A stretch of DNA of 20,000 nucleotides from Lentisphaeria bacterium (GCA_041690595.1 JAWLHB010000038.1:56948-76947); one strand, 5' to 3'. Numbered from the stretch's first letter, positions 7,921-17,784 are shown. The notes: generated by a model from the letters alone, not told the origin. Numbers and translations: made by a program.

Positions 7921-8925
7921 ATGACGTTGTCGATGACTCCAGAGGCCGTGAACGAGTGCTACGAGCGCATACGGGACCAGCTGAAAAACACGATTGTGGG
8001 GCAGGACGAGATTGTGCGCCTGCTTCTGGTGAGTCTCTTTTCACGCGGTCACTGCCTGCTGATCGGCGTTCCCGGCCTGGCAAAGACGCTCCTGGTGCGG
8101 TCGTTGTCCGAAGTCATCGGGCTTCAGTTCAACCGCATTCAGTTCACGCCGGACCTGATGCCGGCGGACATCCTGGGATCGGAATTGCTCAAGGATCGGA
8201 TGGGAGAGCTGACCTTCGAGTATCAGCGGGGCCCGGTCTTCACCAATTTGCTGCTCGCCGACGAGATCAACCGCACACCGCCAAAAACACAATCGGCCCT
8301 GCTCGAATCGATGCAGGAACAACGGGTGACGATCGGCGGGAAAAGCTACACTCTGCCCGATCCTTTCCTGGTGGTGGCAACCCAGAATCCGATCGAACAG
8401 GAGGGGACTTACCCACTGCCTGAGGCGCAGTTGGATCGCTTCATGTTCTCCCTCTACCTCGACTATCCCAACCGGGAAGAAGAACGCGAAATCGTTCGCA
8501 GGACCACCATCGGGCAACTGCCAAAGCTGCAAACGGTAGTCTCGCGCGAGGAAATACTGGGGGTGCAGGAACTGGTGCGGGAGGTACCGGTCTCCGATCA
8601 CGTGATCGATTATGCGGTGAGTCTCTCGGCGGCCACCCGTCCGAAGCAGGCGGACGGTAGTGCATTGAGTAAAGACTTCATCGAATGGGGAGCCGGTCCC
8701 CGCGCCTCCCAGTACCTGATCCTGGGGGCAAAGACGCTGGCGCTGCTCGACGCTCGCACCACGCCGGAGACAAAGGATGTGCGGGAGGTGGCCTGCGCGG
8801 TGCTGCAGCATCGGGTGGTCCCCAACTACCGGGCAACCGGTGAAGGATTGAATGCTCACGAAATCGTCAGCCGGCTGGTCGGGAGCGTTCGGGAAGCAAG
8901 CTACGAGGCCGCGGCCAGGCCATGA
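7921..8925 (+). CDS. moxR: MoxR-family AAA+ ATPase (MoxR-proper type)
   Basis: Walker A GVPGLAKT, RIQFTPDLMPADILG, Walker B LLADEINRTPPKTQSALLESMQE, ATQNPIEQEGTYPLPEAQLDRF and lid WGAGPRAS. GGGAGAG precedes ATG 7921. Confidence 0.96.
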   Translation: MTLSMTPEAVNECYERIRDQLKNTIVGQDEIVRLLLVSLFSRGHCLLIGVPGLAKTLLVRSLSEVIGLQFNRIQFTPDLMPADILGSELLKDRMGELTFEYQRGPVFTNLLLADEINRTPPKTQSALLESMQEQRVTIGGKSYTLPDPFLVVATQNPIEQEGTYPLPEAQLDRFMFSLYLDYPNREEEREIVRRTTIGQLPKLQTVVSREEILGVQELVREVPVSDHVIDYAVSLSAATRPKQADGSALSKDFIEWGAGPRASQYLILGAKTLALLDARTTPETKDVREVACAVLQHRVVPNYRATGEGLNAHEIVSRLVGSVREASYEAAARP

Positions 8926-9953
8926 CACCACCAAGGTCATATCGCGCCGGCGGAAACGGGCGGGAGATGGCTGCTCCTCCTCCTCCCGGAATTCCTCCGC
9001 CACCCAAGCCGCCAAGCCATCGGCATACCCTCGCGGATCTGCGTAAGAAGCGCCCGGAACTGCTCAACCTGGAAGAGATCAGCCGCTTCGACAACTACCT
9101 GATCTTTGCTCAGTCGATTGTCGAGGGATATTTCACCGGCAAACACAAGTCGCGCTACTTCGGCTCCTCGGCGGAATTCGCGGATTACCGTGAGTTCATG
9201 CCCGGTGACGATCCCGGCAAGCTGGACTGGCGGGTCTACGGCCGAACCCGTCGCCTGTATATCCGCCAGTATGAGGAAGAGACGGATATGGTGGTCTACC
9301 TGATGGTGGATACCAGTGGCTCCATGAACTACGCCCGGACAGGGGCGGAGTCGAAGGCTGTGCATGCCAGCCGCATCGCGGCGGCCCTTGCCTACCTGAT
9401 GATCAACCAGGGGGACAAGGTGGCGCTGACCCTCTTTGACAACCGTGTGCGGCAGCACCTTCCGCCGGGCGGCACCCGGGCGCACCTCTTCAAGACCATC
9501 AGCACCTTGGAGGCGATCTCCCCCATTCGCAGCACCGGGATCGAGAATGCGCTCCACGAGTGCACGGCTCTCTTTCGAAAACGCGGGCGAATCGTCATCC
9601 TCTCCGACTTCTTTTCGGACCTGGATTCCCTGATGGATGCGATCAGCCAGTTTGTCCATCGACGCTTCGAAGTTCTCTTGCTGCAAGTCGTGGACGATGA
9701 TGAGCTGAATCTGCCCCAATTGGACAACGCCCAGTTTGTCGACATGGAGAATGGCGAGCGGATACAGGTGGAGCCGGGAGAGATCCGGCGGATCTATCGG
9801 CAGAGGGTGCGGGACTTCATCGATGACTTGAGCCGTCACGCGCACCTGCGGAAGGTTCGGCACAGCCTGGTGGAGAGTCGGCACTCCTATCTGCAGGCCA
9901 TTGAGGCGTACCTCGGCTTTCGCCAGGCGCATTCCCCGCGGAGGCGACGATGA
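8922..9953 (+). CDS. DUF58 domain protein (vWA-like partner of MoxR)
   Basis: GKHKSRYFGSSAEFADYREFMPGDDPGKLDWRVYGRT, YIRQYEEET, MIDAS-like VDTSGSM and ILSDF. ATGA overlap with the moxR stop; ATG 8967 is an alternative start. Confidence 0.93.
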   Translation: MTPPRSYRAGGNGREMAAPPPPGIPPPPKPPSHRHTLADLRKKRPELLNLEEISRFDNYLIFAQSIVEGYFTGKHKSRYFGSSAEFADYREFMPGDDPGKLDWRVYGRTRRLYIRQYEEETDMVVYLMVDTSGSMNYARTGAESKAVHASRIAAALAYLMINQGDKVALTLFDNRVRQHLPPGGTRAHLFKTISTLEAISPIRSTGIENALHECTALFRKRGRIVILSDFFSDLDSLMDAISQFVHRRFEVLLLQVVDDDELNLPQLDNAQFVDMENGERIQVEPGEIRRIYRQRVRDFIDDLSRHAHLRKVRHSLVESRHSYLQAIEAYLGFRQAHSPRRRR

Positions 9954-12043
9954 GCTCGCTGGTATTCGGCAATCTCGGTTGGCTGGGAGTGCTGCTGCCC
10001 CTGCTCGCGGTGCCGATCATGATCCACCTGCTCAACCGCAGGTTTCCACAGATCTTCCGCTTCTCCTCCCTGCGCTTCATCCGCGAATCCATGGCCCAGC
10101 GTTCGCGCCTCTTTCGCTTTCGCCACCTGATCCTCGTGATGCTGAGGACCTTGGCGATCATGTTGCTGCTGATGGTCTTCCTGAAACCGCTTTTGGACAG
10201 CTTTGGGGGGCAGCAGCAGAAGGAGGGGCAGCGCTGCGTCATCATCATCCTCGACCATTCCCTGAGCATGGGCTACCTGGGAGGAGCGATGAGTAGCCGG
10301 CAGCGAGGACTGGTCGAGCTGGAGAAGCTCATCGACAGCCTGGAGGGCCACGATCTGGCCAACCTGATCCTGGCGGAGCGGCAGCCCCGAAGCTGCTTTG
10401 AGGCCCCCTCGACCGAGCACCGCGAGATCATCGCCTTTGCCAGAAGTCAGGGGGAGGGGTTGACGCGGGCGGACATGAACGGCGCTATTGCCATGGCCAA
10501 CGCCTTTCTGCGCCGGCATGACGGCCCGGCAGAGATCCATATCATCTCCGACTTTCAGCGCCAGAACTGGGCGGACGCACGCTTCGACGCGCTCCCCGCG
10601 ACGGCGCGACTCTTCTTCATCGATGTAGGGGCCAGGGTGAAAGCCAACCGGGCGATCCTGGCTGCCCGGATGACTCAGGGGACGATCCTGGCCGGCGAAC
10701 AGGTGCCGGTTGAGGTCAGCGTCGGCAACTATGCCGACTCCGCTTTCGAGGCGGAGCTGGAGGTGGTCATCGATCAAAGAAGTTCCTATCGGCAGTTCAT
10801 ACAGTTGACGCCCTGGTCGGTTGGCCGCTTCACGGTCATGGTGGCTGCCGGGAGCGCGGGGCTGCATACGGGGCATGTCTCCCTGCCGGGGGACGACCTG
10901 CGGCAGGATGACAGCCATTGGTTCACCTACAAGGTTCTGGACAAGGAGGAGGTGGTGCTCCTGACGGATGTCGCCGGCAATCGACTGGCTGGTGCATGGT
11001 ATTTGAAGGCGGCTCTCAACCCCTTTGGCGCGGATGGCGGCTCGCTGGTGGCGCGTGGCGTGACAACCGCGGAGCTTTCGGCCATTCATCTGGCGGCGAC
11101 CAGCAAAGTCTTCATCAGCGGCATTCAGCCGCTCACGGAGGAGGCGAGCGGGGTAGTGGCGGAGTACATCCGTCAGGGTGGCAATGTGGTCTACTTCCTG
11201 GACGGACTGCACGATGCGGACAATCTGGCGAAACTGGACCGCGCCTTTGGCGGCGGGGCGATGCCGTTGGCGCTGACTTCCCGGCAGAGCGCAAAGAACC
11301 TTGCGGGCGGAGTTCAGCGGATCATGTCGGGCGACTTTCGTTCCCGCTATCTGAGCCTCTTCCGGGGCGGACTGCAGCAGCAACTGGCGGCCATGGAGTT
11401 CTACGAGTTCTACTACGCAATCCCGACAGGTGTGGGGCAGGTCATCCTGCATTATGCCGACGAGACACCGGCCATGGCCGCGAATGGTATCCAGCTGGGC
11501 TCGATCCTCCTCTGCAATTTCTCCGCCAGCGAGGTATCGAGCACGTTGGCTCGTCAGCGAATCTTTCCAGCCTGGATCCAGGAGCTGGTGAAGTCGCTGG
11601 GCAGCGGCGAGCAGATGTACGCCACTTGCAGCGTGGGCGAGATGATCGCCACCGAGCTCTGGAAGTCGGAAATACGGGGCCGCGGCTTCCGCTCTCCGGA
11701 TGGATTGCAACTGGTCACGCATGATGAAGCGCGGGGCGACGACCGCCTGGCGATCTCATTCGTGGCGGCACAGCCCGGCATCTACGGATTGAGCGACGAC
11801 ATCCGCCTTCTCTACGCCTTCGCGGTCAATGTCCCGCCTGAAGAGGCCGACCTGCGATCGCTGAACCTGAAGGAGCTGATCGATCGCAAAGGCGGCGTCG
11901 AGGCCTACTCGCTCACCGGCAGCGACGACTATCGGCATGTGCAGGCTGGCCGGCCCATCTTTCATCTCTTCCTGCTGGCCTTGCTCGTCGTGTTGCTGGC
12001 TGAGACGATTTTCTATAAGATGATACGGGAGCTGAGCCACTGA
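9950..12043 (+). CDS. BatA-domain / vWA membrane protein
   Basis: N-terminal double-TM BatA signature LLAVPIMIHLLNRR..FSSLRFI..LMLRTLAI..LKP. MIDAS LDHSLSM and IISDFQ, then an Ig-like region and a GATase-like segment YIRQGG. It ends with AVNVPPEEADL and a TM helix. ATGA overlap with the previous gene. Confidence 0.9.
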   Translation: MSSLVFGNLGWLGVLLPLLAVPIMIHLLNRRFPQIFRFSSLRFIRESMAQRSRLFRFRHLILVMLRTLAIMLLLMVFLKPLLDSFGGQQQKEGQRCVIIILDHSLSMGYLGGAMSSRQRGLVELEKLIDSLEGHDLANLILAERQPRSCFEAPSTEHREIIAFARSQGEGLTRADMNGAIAMANAFLRRHDGPAEIHIISDFQRQNWADARFDALPATARLFFIDVGARVKANRAILAARMTQGTILAGEQVPVEVSVGNYADSAFEAELEVVIDQRSSYRQFIQLTPWSVGRFTVMVAAGSAGLHTGHVSLPGDDLRQDDSHWFTYKVLDKEEVVLLTDVAGNRLAGAWYLKAALNPFGADGGSLVARGVTTAELSAIHLAATSKVFISGIQPLTEEASGVVAEYIRQGGNVVYFLDGLHDADNLAKLDRAFGGGAMPLALTSRQSAKNLAGGVQRIMSGDFRSRYLSLFRGGLQQQLAAMEFYEFYYAIPTGVGQVILHYADETPAMAANGIQLGSILLCNFSASEVSSTLARQRIFPAWIQELVKSLGSGEQMYATCSVGEMIATELWKSEIRGRGFRSPDGLQLVTHDEARGDDRLAISFVAAQPGIYGLSDDIRLLYAFAVNVPPEEADLRSLNLKELIDRKGGVEAYSLTGSDDYRHVQAGRPIFHLFLLALLVVLLAETIFYKMIRELSH

Positions 12044-12044
12044 G

Positions 12045-14207
12045 ATGAGATGGATCATTAATCCAGTATTCGAACCAGGCATAATCGCCTTGATCGCCAT
12101 CGTGATGCTGGGGACAACCCTCTTTATCTACTGGCAGGTCGGCGACCGGCTGTCGCCAATCCGTCGGCTAACGCTGCTCGGCTTGCGAATCGCCGCGCTG
12201 CTGTTGCTGCTGGGCATTCTGTTACAGCCCTCACGTCAGGAGGAACTTCGGCGACCCATGCGGGAGAAGCTGCTGGTTGTAGCGCTGGATAGTTCACGAA
12301 GCATGCAACAGGCCGATGTGGAGCAGGCGTCACGGCTTTCGGCGGCGAAAGGGTGTCTGCTGGACTCGGGTCTGCTCGATCGGGAGACGGTGCGTCTCTA
12401 TCAGTTCAACAGCGATGCCGAAGCCCTTACCCTGGATGGGCTGGACAGCCTGAGAGCGGATGGTGAGACCACGCAGATCCACGAATCAGTCCAGACGATT
12501 CTCAGGAGCCACGGGATCGGAGCCTTGCGGGCGATTGTGCTGATGACGGATGGGCGTGATTTTGGTTCGGTGCCACCTGGTCACACAGGTATGGTCGCGC
12601 GCCAGTATCACACGCCGCTCTATGCGGTCGCTCATGGTGGGGCAGGGCGGGTACGCGATGTCGGGGTGCGTCTTGGCAACTACCAGTCGTTCACCTATCG
12701 CCGCCAGGCGTTTCGCCTGGACTGTTACGTTCGCACGACGGGATGCCAGTATGAGGATCTGACCGTGGAGCTGTGGCGGAACGGCGAACGCCAGGAGCAG
12801 CGTGAGTTCAACGCGGGCGTACAGCGGGAAACGCTGGTGAGCTTCGACTGCATGGAAGACGAACTGGGGCGCTACGAGTACGAAGTGCGCGTTCCATTAC
12901 TGCAGCAGGAAGTGGACACCACGAATAATCGCGCGCTGGCCTTTGTCTCCGTTATTGCCCAGGAAATGAGGATCCTCCTTCTGGAGGGGCAGCCAAACTG
13001 GGATACGACCTTCCTCCGCCGCGCGCTTTTTGCCAATGAACGGGTCCTCCTGGACGCCGTGGTGCATTACGACCAGGACCGTACACGGCTGCTCAGCAAC
13101 TACCGCGAAGGCGACTTTGTACTGCCAACCTCCCTGGTCGACTATGCCACCTATGATGTGATCATCCTGGGCCGGCACGTCGACAGCTTGCTGACCGCCG
13201 AGCAGGTGGAACTGCTCTACAGGTATGTCAACGAGCATGGTGGCAACCTGATCTTTGCCCGCGGAGAGGCCTGGCGCGCAACGGAGTCGCCTGCCGATGC
13301 GTTGCAGCCGGTGGTGTGGGATTCCGACGGCTATGGCGAGGTCGAGCTGAATATCGGCAAAGAAGGCCGGTACCTGACCCCTTTTCGACTCCCGGACAAC
13401 CCGGGGATGAGCTTGCCGTCGATGCCGGCCAGTCATCGGGCCATGGAGCAGAAGGCCTTGTCGGTGGCGCTGGCGGTTGTCGTGGATCCGGAGAGCGGCA
13501 AGGAGAATCCGGCCATCGTCTACCGCATGCATGGCCGCGGCAGTGTTCTGAGCATCGGAGTGATCGGCTTGTGGCGCTGGAGCTTCAATGCGGATGTATC
13601 GCCGGAGAACAACCGATTTCAACGCTTCTGGGAGCACCTGCTCCTGTGGCTGACCGTGAATAGCGACTTCATGCCCGGTCAGGATGTCACCTTCAAGGCC
13701 AACCACTACAGCCTGCAACTTGGCGAGAAGATCTTCTTCCAATTCAACGACCGCCTGGCGCAGGGAATTGCCGAGACGCATGAAATGGTTGTGAGAGATG
13801 AGGCCGGTGCCGAGACACGACTGGAGCTGCGGGCGCGCGATACCGCCGGCGCGGGGCGACTGCGCGCGGAATTCGTGCCGGCTGCGATCGGCAGGTATGA
13901 AGCCGCGGTAACATTGCCGGACGGCGAGATCTCCACGCTGCATTTTGCCGTGGCCTACGACAATCCGGAAGAAAAGGAGGTCGCCGCCGATCCGGACTAC
14001 CTGCATGCCCTGTGCACCGCCAGCGGCGGACGCATGCTGGCGGCGGATGAACTGAGCGGCCTCTGGGCGGAGTTGGAGCAACAGGAGGTACTGGATCGTC
14101 CGCGCATCCGCCTCACCGCCTTGTGGGATTCGATCTGGTTGGCGTACGGTATTGTGATGCTGCTTGCACTTGATTGGATGCTGCGAAGGAGATGGGGCTT
14201 ATGCTGA
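12045..14207 (+). CDS. Membrane protein with vWA, Ig-like and class I glutamine amidotransferase-like domains
   Basis: Two N-terminal TM helices, MIDAS LDSSRSM and LMTDG, EVDTTNNRA, RILLLEGQPNWDTTFLRRAL, YDVIILG..YVNEHGGNLIF and LWRWSF. The C-terminus is ALCTASGG..LALDWMLRRRWGL. It starts 1 nt after the previous stop. Confidence 0.87.
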   Translation: MRWIINPVFEPGIIALIAIVMLGTTLFIYWQVGDRLSPIRRLTLLGLRIAALLLLLGILLQPSRQEELRRPMREKLLVVALDSSRSMQQADVEQASRLSAAKGCLLDSGLLDRETVRLYQFNSDAEALTLDGLDSLRADGETTQIHESVQTILRSHGIGALRAIVLMTDGRDFGSVPPGHTGMVARQYHTPLYAVAHGGAGRVRDVGVRLGNYQSFTYRRQAFRLDCYVRTTGCQYEDLTVELWRNGERQEQREFNAGVQRETLVSFDCMEDELGRYEYEVRVPLLQQEVDTTNNRALAFVSVIAQEMRILLLEGQPNWDTTFLRRALFANERVLLDAVVHYDQDRTRLLSNYREGDFVLPTSLVDYATYDVIILGRHVDSLLTAEQVELLYRYVNEHGGNLIFARGEAWRATESPADALQPVVWDSDGYGEVELNIGKEGRYLTPFRLPDNPGMSLPSMPASHRAMEQKALSVALAVVVDPESGKENPAIVYRMHGRGSVLSIGVIGLWRWSFNADVSPENNRFQRFWEHLLLWLTVNSDFMPGQDVTFKANHYSLQLGEKIFFQFNDRLAQGIAETHEMVVRDEAGAETRLELRARDTAGAGRLRAEFVPAAIGRYEAAVTLPDGEISTLHFAVAYDNPEEKEVAADPDYLHALCTASGGRMLAADELSGLWAELEQQEVLDRPRIRLTALWDSIWLAYGIVMLLALDWMLRRRWGLC

Positions 14208-17110
14208 AAGAAGTTCGACCGTTTTATCGACGCCTGGAAGCGGCGGATCGAGAGTGGCACCGGCAACTGGCGAGGCGTTTCCTATGGCGCGTGCTGGCGG
14301 CCCTGCCGCTGCTGCTCCTGCTGGCCTTTATCCTGGATATCGCGCTGCATCTCGCCGCGGGTTGGCGCCTGGGCCTTGATCTGGCCGGCCTGCTATTGGT
14401 TGGGGGGCTGCTTGTGCGTGCGGGGTATCTCGCCTTCGTGGCCCGACGGGAAGCGGCTGTCATTGCCCGACACGTGGAGACCACGCATGGCCACTATGGA
14501 TCCGCGCTGATCAACTCGTTGCAGCTTGCCGACCAGATCGAGCGCGGCTCGATCAGTGGTCCGCGAAAGGAGCTTGCGGCACGGGCACTCGCCGACTACG
14601 ACCGGCGCCTGGGCGACGAACACTTCGAGCAAACCCTGCAGCTGACCGGCATGCGAAGCTCGGTGAGGCTGGCAGCCGCCTCCGTGGCCGTCCTGCTGGC
14701 AACGATGATCGGATTCCATACCATCGCACGGACGGAACTGCTGCGCTATGCCGACCCGTATGGGGATCATCCGCCATTCTCCTTGACGGCCATCGAGATC
14801 GTGGAGCCGACCGAAGGCATGCGGGTAATCTACGGCGAAGGGCTCGTGGTCAAGGCCTCCACCAGCGGCCACACGCCAGACGAACTCTTTCTGAGCTTCT
14901 GCGATCCGTCGGCACCGGAGGCCGTCACGACCCTGCCGATGTTCAACAAGGGAAAGCTCGGCTTCTATCAGAGGATCGAGACGATCAAGAGCCCAATCCG
15001 TCTCCAGGTTCATACCCGCAATCACCGCGCCGTCAGCCGGCAACGTGAGGTGGGGATCATCCTGACGCCCAACGTAACCGAGGGCTTCGCGACAGTGGCG
15101 CCACCGCCTTATACCTGTATGGAGTCCAGGGAGAGTCCCTATGACTTTCGCGGCCTGAAAGCGCTGGTCGGTTCCGAAGTGAGCATTCGCCTGCGCTCGA
15201 ATCGCCCGCTGGCGGCAGGTACGTTGAGGCTTTCGGGGACCGACGGCGAGCAAACCATCTCCATGACCCCGGTGGCTGCGCATGATGTCCGCGCCACGTT
15301 TGTCGCCGAAAGCTCCTGCCGACTGCAAGTCTCGGTGACCGATATCGACGGGTATGAATCGGAGCAGGTGCGCAGCGGAGCCTTGACGGTGATCCACGAC
15401 ATGCCGCCAAACGTCGCCATTCTCAAGCCGGACAGGGATTCCTTCGTGACCGAGGACTTCAAGCTGGAGTTGCGTGTCGACGCATCGGATGATCTTGGCG
15501 TGGCGCTCCTGCGCGTCCACCGGGCGCTGAACAACCGCTACTCCGCGCCCCGTGTCTACACCTACGATGAGTGCCGGCGGAGCGTATCCGAGGTCATCGA
15601 GATGGACTTGGAGAGCCTCGGCGTGGAGCCTGGCGACACCATCTCTGTCTTCGCCGAAACGCTCGACACCAGACCGGAGGAGCCGCAACTCGCCGCGACA
15701 CGGATCCTGACGCTGGTGGTGGTGAGCGTGGAGGAGTATAACGCTTTCCTGCGCCAGAGGGTCGAGATCGGGATGCTGGCCGAGAAGTACGGTGCGCTGG
15801 TGCGGCAACTGGAAGAATTGGCGCAGGAGCAGGAACGTCTGAACCAGGAGGTGGCGGAGCTGCAACGGCAACTGGCGGAGGGCAAGCCCGAGAACCGGGA
15901 GGCGCTGACCGATGAGTTGGCGGCGCGACTTGCCGACCAGCAGGAACTCAACCGCAAGATTGACAAGCTGTCTGAAGAGATGGCGGAGTTCGGACGGGAT
16001 CAGCCACTCTACGACATCGAAAACTCTTTCCAGGAGTTGGTGGAAGCTCAGGCAAGCGCGCTGCGTGAATCCATTGCCGTGAACACTCAGGAGCTGGAAT
16101 CCTTCAGTCAGGCAATGGATGAGGCGGGGCAAGGTCGAGAGGGACTTGAGGAAGCTTTGAGCACGCTGTGGAAGGACGGCGAGCGCCAGAAGGAGGTCCT
16201 TGCCGGCAGCCGGAAGCGACTCGACGAGGATCTGGTGCAGACCGCCAGGGAGTTGGGCAAACTCAACAAGCTGGTTCGAGACTTCAACCAGTTCCGCATG
16301 TGCTACCTCGAGCAGTCGGCGATCGCCACAATCACTCGCGTCTACGATGTCAGGCGCGAGCTGAGCCAGACCGATACGCTGGCCTTGCGCCGGCAGGCGA
16401 GTCGGGAAAAGGCCGTGGCCGACAGCCTCAGGCTGGTGGAGAGTAACTTGCGCAAACACGCGGACGATGCAGCCGCGACCTTCCCCAGAGCCGCGGAGGG
16501 TGCGCGGGAACTTGCCGATGCCATCATGGAGGGGCGCTTCCCGCAGCTCGCCACCGCGGCGTCGACCACCATGCTGATTCCGGATGGACCCGCCAGCTAT
16601 CGGCAGGCGGAGCACCTGCGGCAGCAGATGGAAAATCTCTTCGGGGAGTCAGGAAATTGCCTGCGGCAGTGCGAGTCAGGGCTGGATTCCTACCTGCGCC
16701 TGCTCATGGGCATGCGCCCCGGATCGACATTCCAGCAGATGGCCAGTGGCATTAGCGCAGGAGACGGATACGGATTCGGTTTCGCCACAGGAACTGCCAG
16801 TGGGTCGGGTGACAGCCCTGCAACATTCGGCATTCATGAGCCCACGGTCGGTGTGCTCGGCAACGAAAGCCTTCCCATGGATGGTTCGGCCACGGAAAAT
16901 GGCGACAAGCGGGGAGACGGTCTCGGTCGGGGGCTGCCCACTGGCGCCGATGGACCTTCGCCACCGATCGAAAAGCCGGCCCCAGTCGATGATCCCAGCC
17001 GACACGCGGAGCGCGCGGTGCCGGTTGATGTCGATGCGACCGTCCTCGACTACGAGGCCCTCATCGAACGTTACTTTCAGACCATCATAGACGCGGAGAA
17101 TTCCCCATGA
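14201..17110 (+). CDS. Large DUF4175-like membrane-anchored protein (TM helices, beta/Ig-like domains, long coiled coil, Gly-rich tail)
   Basis: About three TM helices, YGSALINSLQL, VAPPPYT, DMPPNVAILKP and ASDDLGV. A heptad Q/E/L-rich region follows, then terminal DYEALIERYFQTI. AAGGAG lies 9 nt before ATG 14201, which overlaps the previous stop. Confidence 0.8.
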   Translation: MLKEVRPFYRRLEAADREWHRQLARRFLWRVLAALPLLLLLAFILDIALHLAAGWRLGLDLAGLLLVGGLLVRAGYLAFVARREAAVIARHVETTHGHYGSALINSLQLADQIERGSISGPRKELAARALADYDRRLGDEHFEQTLQLTGMRSSVRLAAASVAVLLATMIGFHTIARTELLRYADPYGDHPPFSLTAIEIVEPTEGMRVIYGEGLVVKASTSGHTPDELFLSFCDPSAPEAVTTLPMFNKGKLGFYQRIETIKSPIRLQVHTRNHRAVSRQREVGIILTPNVTEGFATVAPPPYTCMESRESPYDFRGLKALVGSEVSIRLRSNRPLAAGTLRLSGTDGEQTISMTPVAAHDVRATFVAESSCRLQVSVTDIDGYESEQVRSGALTVIHDMPPNVAILKPDRDSFVTEDFKLELRVDASDDLGVALLRVHRALNNRYSAPRVYTYDECRRSVSEVIEMDLESLGVEPGDTISVFAETLDTRPEEPQLAATRILTLVVVSVEEYNAFLRQRVEIGMLAEKYGALVRQLEELAQEQERLNQEVAELQRQLAEGKPENREALTDELAARLADQQELNRKIDKLSEEMAEFGRDQPLYDIENSFQELVEAQASALRESIAVNTQELESFSQAMDEAGQGREGLEEALSTLWKDGERQKEVLAGSRKRLDEDLVQTARELGKLNKLVRDFNQFRMCYLEQSAIATITRVYDVRRELSQTDTLALRRQASREKAVADSLRLVESNLRKHADDAAATFPRAAEGARELADAIMEGRFPQLATAASTTMLIPDGPASYRQAEHLRQQMENLFGESGNCLRQCESGLDSYLRLLMGMRPGSTFQQMASGISAGDGYGFGFATGTASGSGDSPATFGIHEPTVGVLGNESLPMDGSATENGDKRGDGLGRGLPTGADGPSPPIEKPAPVDDPSRHAERAVPVDVDATVLDYEALIERYFQTIIDAENSP

Positions 17111-17775
17111 AAAGCCTGATCGTATGCCTTTTTCTGTTGCTTGGATTGAGCGTGCTGCGCGGTGCCGAGTTGACGTCGGCGGAGATGAGTGAGCGCGCGG
17201 TGATTCAGTGCGGCAATCTCATTTATGCGGGTACCCGGAGTTCCGTCTGTTTCGCCGATCGTTTTCTCACCCGGGTATCGACCGAATCCAACCTGGATGC
17301 AGCCAAGAAGTTCACCCCCGTCAAGCTCGGTTCGGATGATCTCTTCCGCTTTCCATTCGTTGTCTTTTCCGGTGAAGGCGACTTCACCTTGACCCCCGAA
17401 GAGCGCAAGAACCTGAAGCGCTATCTGACCCAGGGCGGCTTCATCCTGTCGAGTCCGGGATGCTCCGATCGGGCCTTCGACAAGGCCTTCCGCCGGGAAC
17501 TGGCAACCTGCCTGCCCGATCACGCGTTGACTCCGCTCGACATGTCGCACGAGATCTTCTCCATTGTCTACGAGATCACAACGCTGGAGTTGATGCATGG
17601 GGGCACCACCAAACTGGAGGCGGTCACGGTGAATGGGCGGGTAGCACTCGTCTATTCGAAAGACGGACTGAACGATATCCAGCATGCAAAAGGCTGCTGC
17701 TGCTGCGGGGGGGACGAGATCGTGGGATGCGAGAAGATCAATGTCAACATCTTTGTCTATGCACTGCTTTATTGA
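17107..17775 (+). CDS. Exported DUF4159-domain protein with a tetra-cysteine motif
   Basis: Signal peptide MKSLIVCLFLLLGLSVLRGA. DDLFRFPFVVFSGEGDFTLTPEERKNLKRYLTQGGF, LTPLDMSHEIF, NGRVALVYSKDGL and INVNIFVYAL are typical of DUF4159. It contains GCCCCGG. ATGA overlap with the previous gene. Confidence 0.88.
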   Translation: MKSLIVCLFLLLGLSVLRGAELTSAEMSERAVIQCGNLIYAGTRSSVCFADRFLTRVSTESNLDAAKKFTPVKLGSDDLFRFPFVVFSGEGDFTLTPEERKNLKRYLTQGGFILSSPGCSDRAFDKAFRRELATCLPDHALTPLDMSHEIFSIVYEITTLELMHGGTTKLEAVTVNGRVALVYSKDGLNDIQHAKGCCCCGGDEIVGCEKINVNIFVYALLY

Positions 17776-17784
17776 GGGCAATTC

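Noticed and set aside
17695..17713. (TGC)4 plus G7 as a phase-variable simple repeat
   Set aside because: The tracts are short, the frame is intact, and TGC is the preferred Cys codon here, so the protein motif explains the repeat.
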